The position numbers were made by a program, and so were the translations under genes. Source: Entomortierella parvispora E1425 (Eukaryota; Fungi; Mortierellomycota). Taken from it: 64,000 nt of DNA. The notes beneath the pieces were generated by a model. The model worked only from the letters and a program-made list of their open reading frames with translations. It was not told the DNA's origin and searched no databases. The stretch's first letter is position 1. Each line of letters opens with the position of its first letter. This document shows positions 60,528 to 64,000 of this stretch, piece by piece. The stretch covers positions 1,674,001 through 1,738,000 of the forward strand of contig BQFW01000002.1 in NCBI GenBank assembly GCA_020891255.1, given 5' to 3'.

Positions 60528-63372
60528 TTATGACATGAACGGGACGGACTGGGCGTTGAAGGGAAGACCGATAGAAGATGGAGTGGAGGACTGGAGGTGG
60601 AGCGAATGAATGAATGTAGAACACAGGAACCAAAGGGGGAAAAGGGGCGGAAGAGGTCAGTCAGTCAGTCAGTCAGGCTAAGGCTGTAGGGCAGTCAGTC
60701 GTTCGGTCAGTTGAAGAGGAGTAAGGAGGTGGCGGCAGAGAGATAGAAAGAGGAGAGAGGAAAGAAAGTAACAAGTGAGAGAGAGAGTGAGAGTAGAGAG
60801 AGAGAAAGAGGACGCAGTAGAGACAGACAAAGAGTGAATGCGACTGTATGGAATGACAAATGAACGAAAAGCGGTGGAGTTGAGAAGAAGAAAGACAACG
60901 ACGAACGAACCAGGAGGAGGACAGTGGAAGAGAAGCAAAGAGGACAATAAAAATTCTTTCTTTGTCCCCTCACTCCCACTCTCTTTATCTCGGCTATAAA
61001 TAAACGGATGGCCCAGGGACAGCGGCCGTGGTGGGCGGCTGTGTGGTGGTGGTGGTGGTGGTGGTGGTGCATCCGCGGGCGGGTGCGTATTGAATGTACC
61101 AACTGACATAGTTCCTCGCTATGTAATAATAATGTCTGTGTAATTGCCTTTCCCTCCCCCTCCCCCTCCCTTCTCTTCTTTGGCTCAGCCATGGGCCAGC
61201 CGTAGTGGACTCGACAGTCTAGAAGCCACAGGGCATGACCTGTACCGGGGAAGGGAAAGTGCCCGCTTTTCATAGATGCAGGAAAAAAGAGAAGGGGCGT
61301 ACGAGGATGAAGGTCGGTGACGATGACGATGGTTGCGTAGCGTTGTTGCCTTTTGGGCTTTGTCACAAGAAGATTGCCCAGGGAGAGGGTAGGAGGAGCA
61401 TTGTTGAACCCCTGGAAACGAAAATAACTGCTGTGGCAACACGATCCAATCTTCTCTACAAGAATGGGAATAACGGGCACAAGGACAACCGGCGTGATGG
61501 GAGGACGGAGAAAAGAGGGGTTGGCTGTTTACTTCTTCGCATACCTTTTGTGATTGCCTTGTTGTTTACGTGCTGGACGTTCGAGTTCCCTTGTTGTCGA
61601 CTTTTTTGTTACCCTGGATGGAGGAAGGAGAGAAGAAGAGGCGAACGACGAAGGGAGGAAGGGGTATCAACATGGCTGTTTTGCGAAACGTGGTGATTGA
61701 ACACAGCCAACCAAGGTTCAATACCTTCTTTACTTCTCTTACTGTATTTGTTTGATTGATTGAAGGCGGCGGCGGCAATGAAGCTCAGTTGGACAGAAAA
61801 GCAATTGAGTGGTAGATAATGACAGGACAGGAAACCGGAGAGCAGTAGGACTTTTTGAGCAAGAGAAACACTGGTGTGAGCGAACCGGGTGGTGAAGGGG
61901 GGGTAATATGAGAGCGCGGGTGGTCAAGAACCTGTGGCAAAAAGAATGAGAATGAAAGTTAAATGAATGAGAACAAGAATGAATGAGCAGAGGAATGAGA
62001 AGAAGCAAAAAGGGAAGGACCGCAAAGTCAAAAAGGACTGCAAGGTGAAGAAAAGAGAAAGTCGCGTCAAGAATGGGCAGGATGCGAAAAAAGAGAGCAA
62101 AGCCGACGCCGGGGTTCTCTTTTGTTCGCTCGTTGGTTCTCGGCACCGTGATGGTAACGCTTCCTGGGAGTCCTTCGCGTCGCTTCCTTCTCCTTGGACA
62201 CTCCTCTTTTGAATTCCTGAACCTGCTTCTGTCCCTTCTTTTCTGGCAAGGACTGTGGTTCCTGTCGATAACGGACCTCCAGCAGGGCGGCAGTCGCACG
62301 GCAGGCAAGGCGGCAGCTTAGGCAGGGTCATGCTTTTGTATTCTTTGCCACCACATCAGGTGAAAGAAAAAAAAGATGGAGGTGTTCCCGTCCTTTGGTT
62401 GTGTTTTCTCCTGGCCTGTGGAAAAAGGGCCGAGATCTCTGCCACACCCTCTCCAAAACACAATCCATCGCCGCCCCTTTCGCCAAACGAGCACGTTTTC
62501 TGTTAGCCACAGGTATGTCGTCGTTCCCACCCTTTGACAACAAGAAAACAAAAAAGAAATCATGCACGACGTGTGTCTTTTGGGGGATTGTCCCCTGTTT
62601 TTTCAGGGCTTAACGATTGTTCGTGTTCAAGACCCACACCACCACAAGAACCACCACCTCCAACGGGCTCGCTATAATTAGGTTGGTGGGAAGCAACGCC
62701 AAAGAAGCAAGCACATCACTGCTCTTGTTCTTTTGTTCGTTTCCTTTTCCTCCCAGCGTGCAGCAAACTGATCAACACCTGCAGCAGCGCGTTTCTGCGC
62801 GCAGGTTTTATGTTGCTTCGTTCCCTTGATCTCTGCCTTTTCTGGCACCACAAAGCGTGGATCAAAAGAACGATCTGATTGCATGCTCGACGATCGCATT
62901 GAGATATGGGCTCCACGAGACAAAGGGGGACTCGATCCACCTTCTGTGCTCCAGCAGGGTCCGCAAGCGAATGTACCTTTGCGTTCGTTATTTAGACTGT
63001 CAGTCTAGTACATAAATAATTGACCATCGTCATTACCGAGTATCGGTCCATTTTACTGAGAGCAAGGAATTGAAGAAAACCACTACGTTTGAAGGTGTCA
63101 CACGCCAGAAAAAAGACGAAGTGGCAACAGGCATGCTACCCTTTCGAGCCCTCTCTTGGGTTCTCACAGACCATGAAACTGCACTACTTGAGGGTCTCAG
63201 AGCTCACAGACCTGAAACGAACTAGAACAAGCGAAAAAAATTCCAAGTCGATGCGCTAAAATGCTGTCTAATTTCCGCAATATCCGACATCCACGCGCTT
63301 TGAGTGCTCTGCACCAAGAATCCTTTCCGGTGTAAATAATATTGCAATTGAACCTCACTTTATTGGATAGTG

Positions 63373-63464
63373 CGAATATCGTAATTTGGCTACAAGGCTA
63401 CACAGACAACCAGGGTAGTTCGAATATCGTAATTTGGCCACAAGGCTATACAGACGACCAGGGT
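63373..63464. repeat. Degenerate tandem duplication, 48-bp unit x2
   Basis: CGAATATCGTAATTTGGCTACAAGGCTACACAGACAACCAGGGT at 63373 and CGAATATCGTAATTTGGCCACAAGGCTATACAGACGACCAGGGT at 63421. Confidence 0.9.
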
Positions 63465-63626
63465 CCCAGTCTTACGTCTTGTAGTCTAATACCAACCCAG
63501 AGTACCAAACATATGAAAGTTGTGCGTTCATCTCAAAGATAACAATTCAAAGGTGTGAGCAACTATCTCTGATCGGACTCTTTCTCCGTAGGTCATAACC
63601 AATTGTTTTTTGTTTTGTTTTTTTTT

Positions 63627-63952
63627 TCACTTGGAGGATCGCGTCGTGGGACGACTAGAAGAATCAAAGGTGCCATAGGGAGGTGGGTCGCGTTGAGAAC
63701 CTGCAGGGCCCAAAAGTCCTTCTTCCTGAGCTCGAGCCAAAGTTTGGGCGCGCACCTGATCAGCAAGCGCTTGGTAATGGTTCCTTCTTTCTGCCTCTCG
63801 GTCGCGTCGGGTTCTGTCGATGGCCCTGTCCACCTGCTCTGCCTCCAACAAGGCTCGCACCAATGCGGTCTCACCTTCTGCACGCTCGCGCTCATAGCGT
63901 TGCTTGTCAAATCGATGGAACAAGATGGCTGCACCCACGAGACTCACCAACT
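63627..63952 (-). CDS. Last exon of a membrane protein whose 5' part lies beyond the window
   Basis: Acceptor ATTTAG, then LVSLVGAAILFHRF (end of a TM segment), a charged helical tail, PPPY and a stop at 63627. Confidence 0.6.
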
Positions 63953-64000
63953 AAATAATACAATTTCTCTTAAGTCAGACACTGCCTTGACACGATCTGC

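Noticed and set aside
60600-63000. Cluster of low-complexity ORFs upstream of the GT/lyase gene, plus a 10-bp inverted repeat GGTTGGCTGT/ACAGCCAACC (~61519/61704)
   Set aside because: No protein-like composition; the inverted repeat is short enough to occur by chance, and no element boundaries were found.
63373-63464. CRISPR-like array
   Set aside because: Only two abutting units, no spacers, eukaryotic context and no cas genes.

Overview
Intron-rich fungal nuclear DNA (GTAAG donors, CTAAC branch points, YAG acceptors). The gene content suggests an early-diverging fungus, probably Mortierellaceae/Mucoromycota; this is inference, not a database result. About 23 protein-coding genes were reconstructed by hand across introns. 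Recognisable genes: a type IIC-like P-type ATPase (5' part), derlin, PEX11, UDP-glucose 6-dehydrogenase, a VPS9-domain protein, mitoribosomal mL57 and uS11m, HPPD, M17 leucyl aminopeptidase, a C2 + class 3 lipase, an SLC35F/EamA transporter, a DUF676-like hydrolase, ATX1 (missed by the ORF track), a LOG-family phosphoribohydrolase and TAF12. Several orphan genes are also present. Most interesting: (1) an uninterrupted 1772-aa NACHT-pentapeptide-14xWD40 NLR-like ORF between housekeeping genes; (2) a membrane-anchored fusion of a GT-A-like domain and a degenerate alginate-lyase-like domain; (3) a stand-alone EgtD-like methyltransferase that appears to have lost its histidine-binding residues, lying divergently near HPPD with a decayed coding remnant between them. 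No tRNA, rRNA, CRISPR array or intact transposon was seen. Exon boundaries are manual, and reference residue numbering is from recall.
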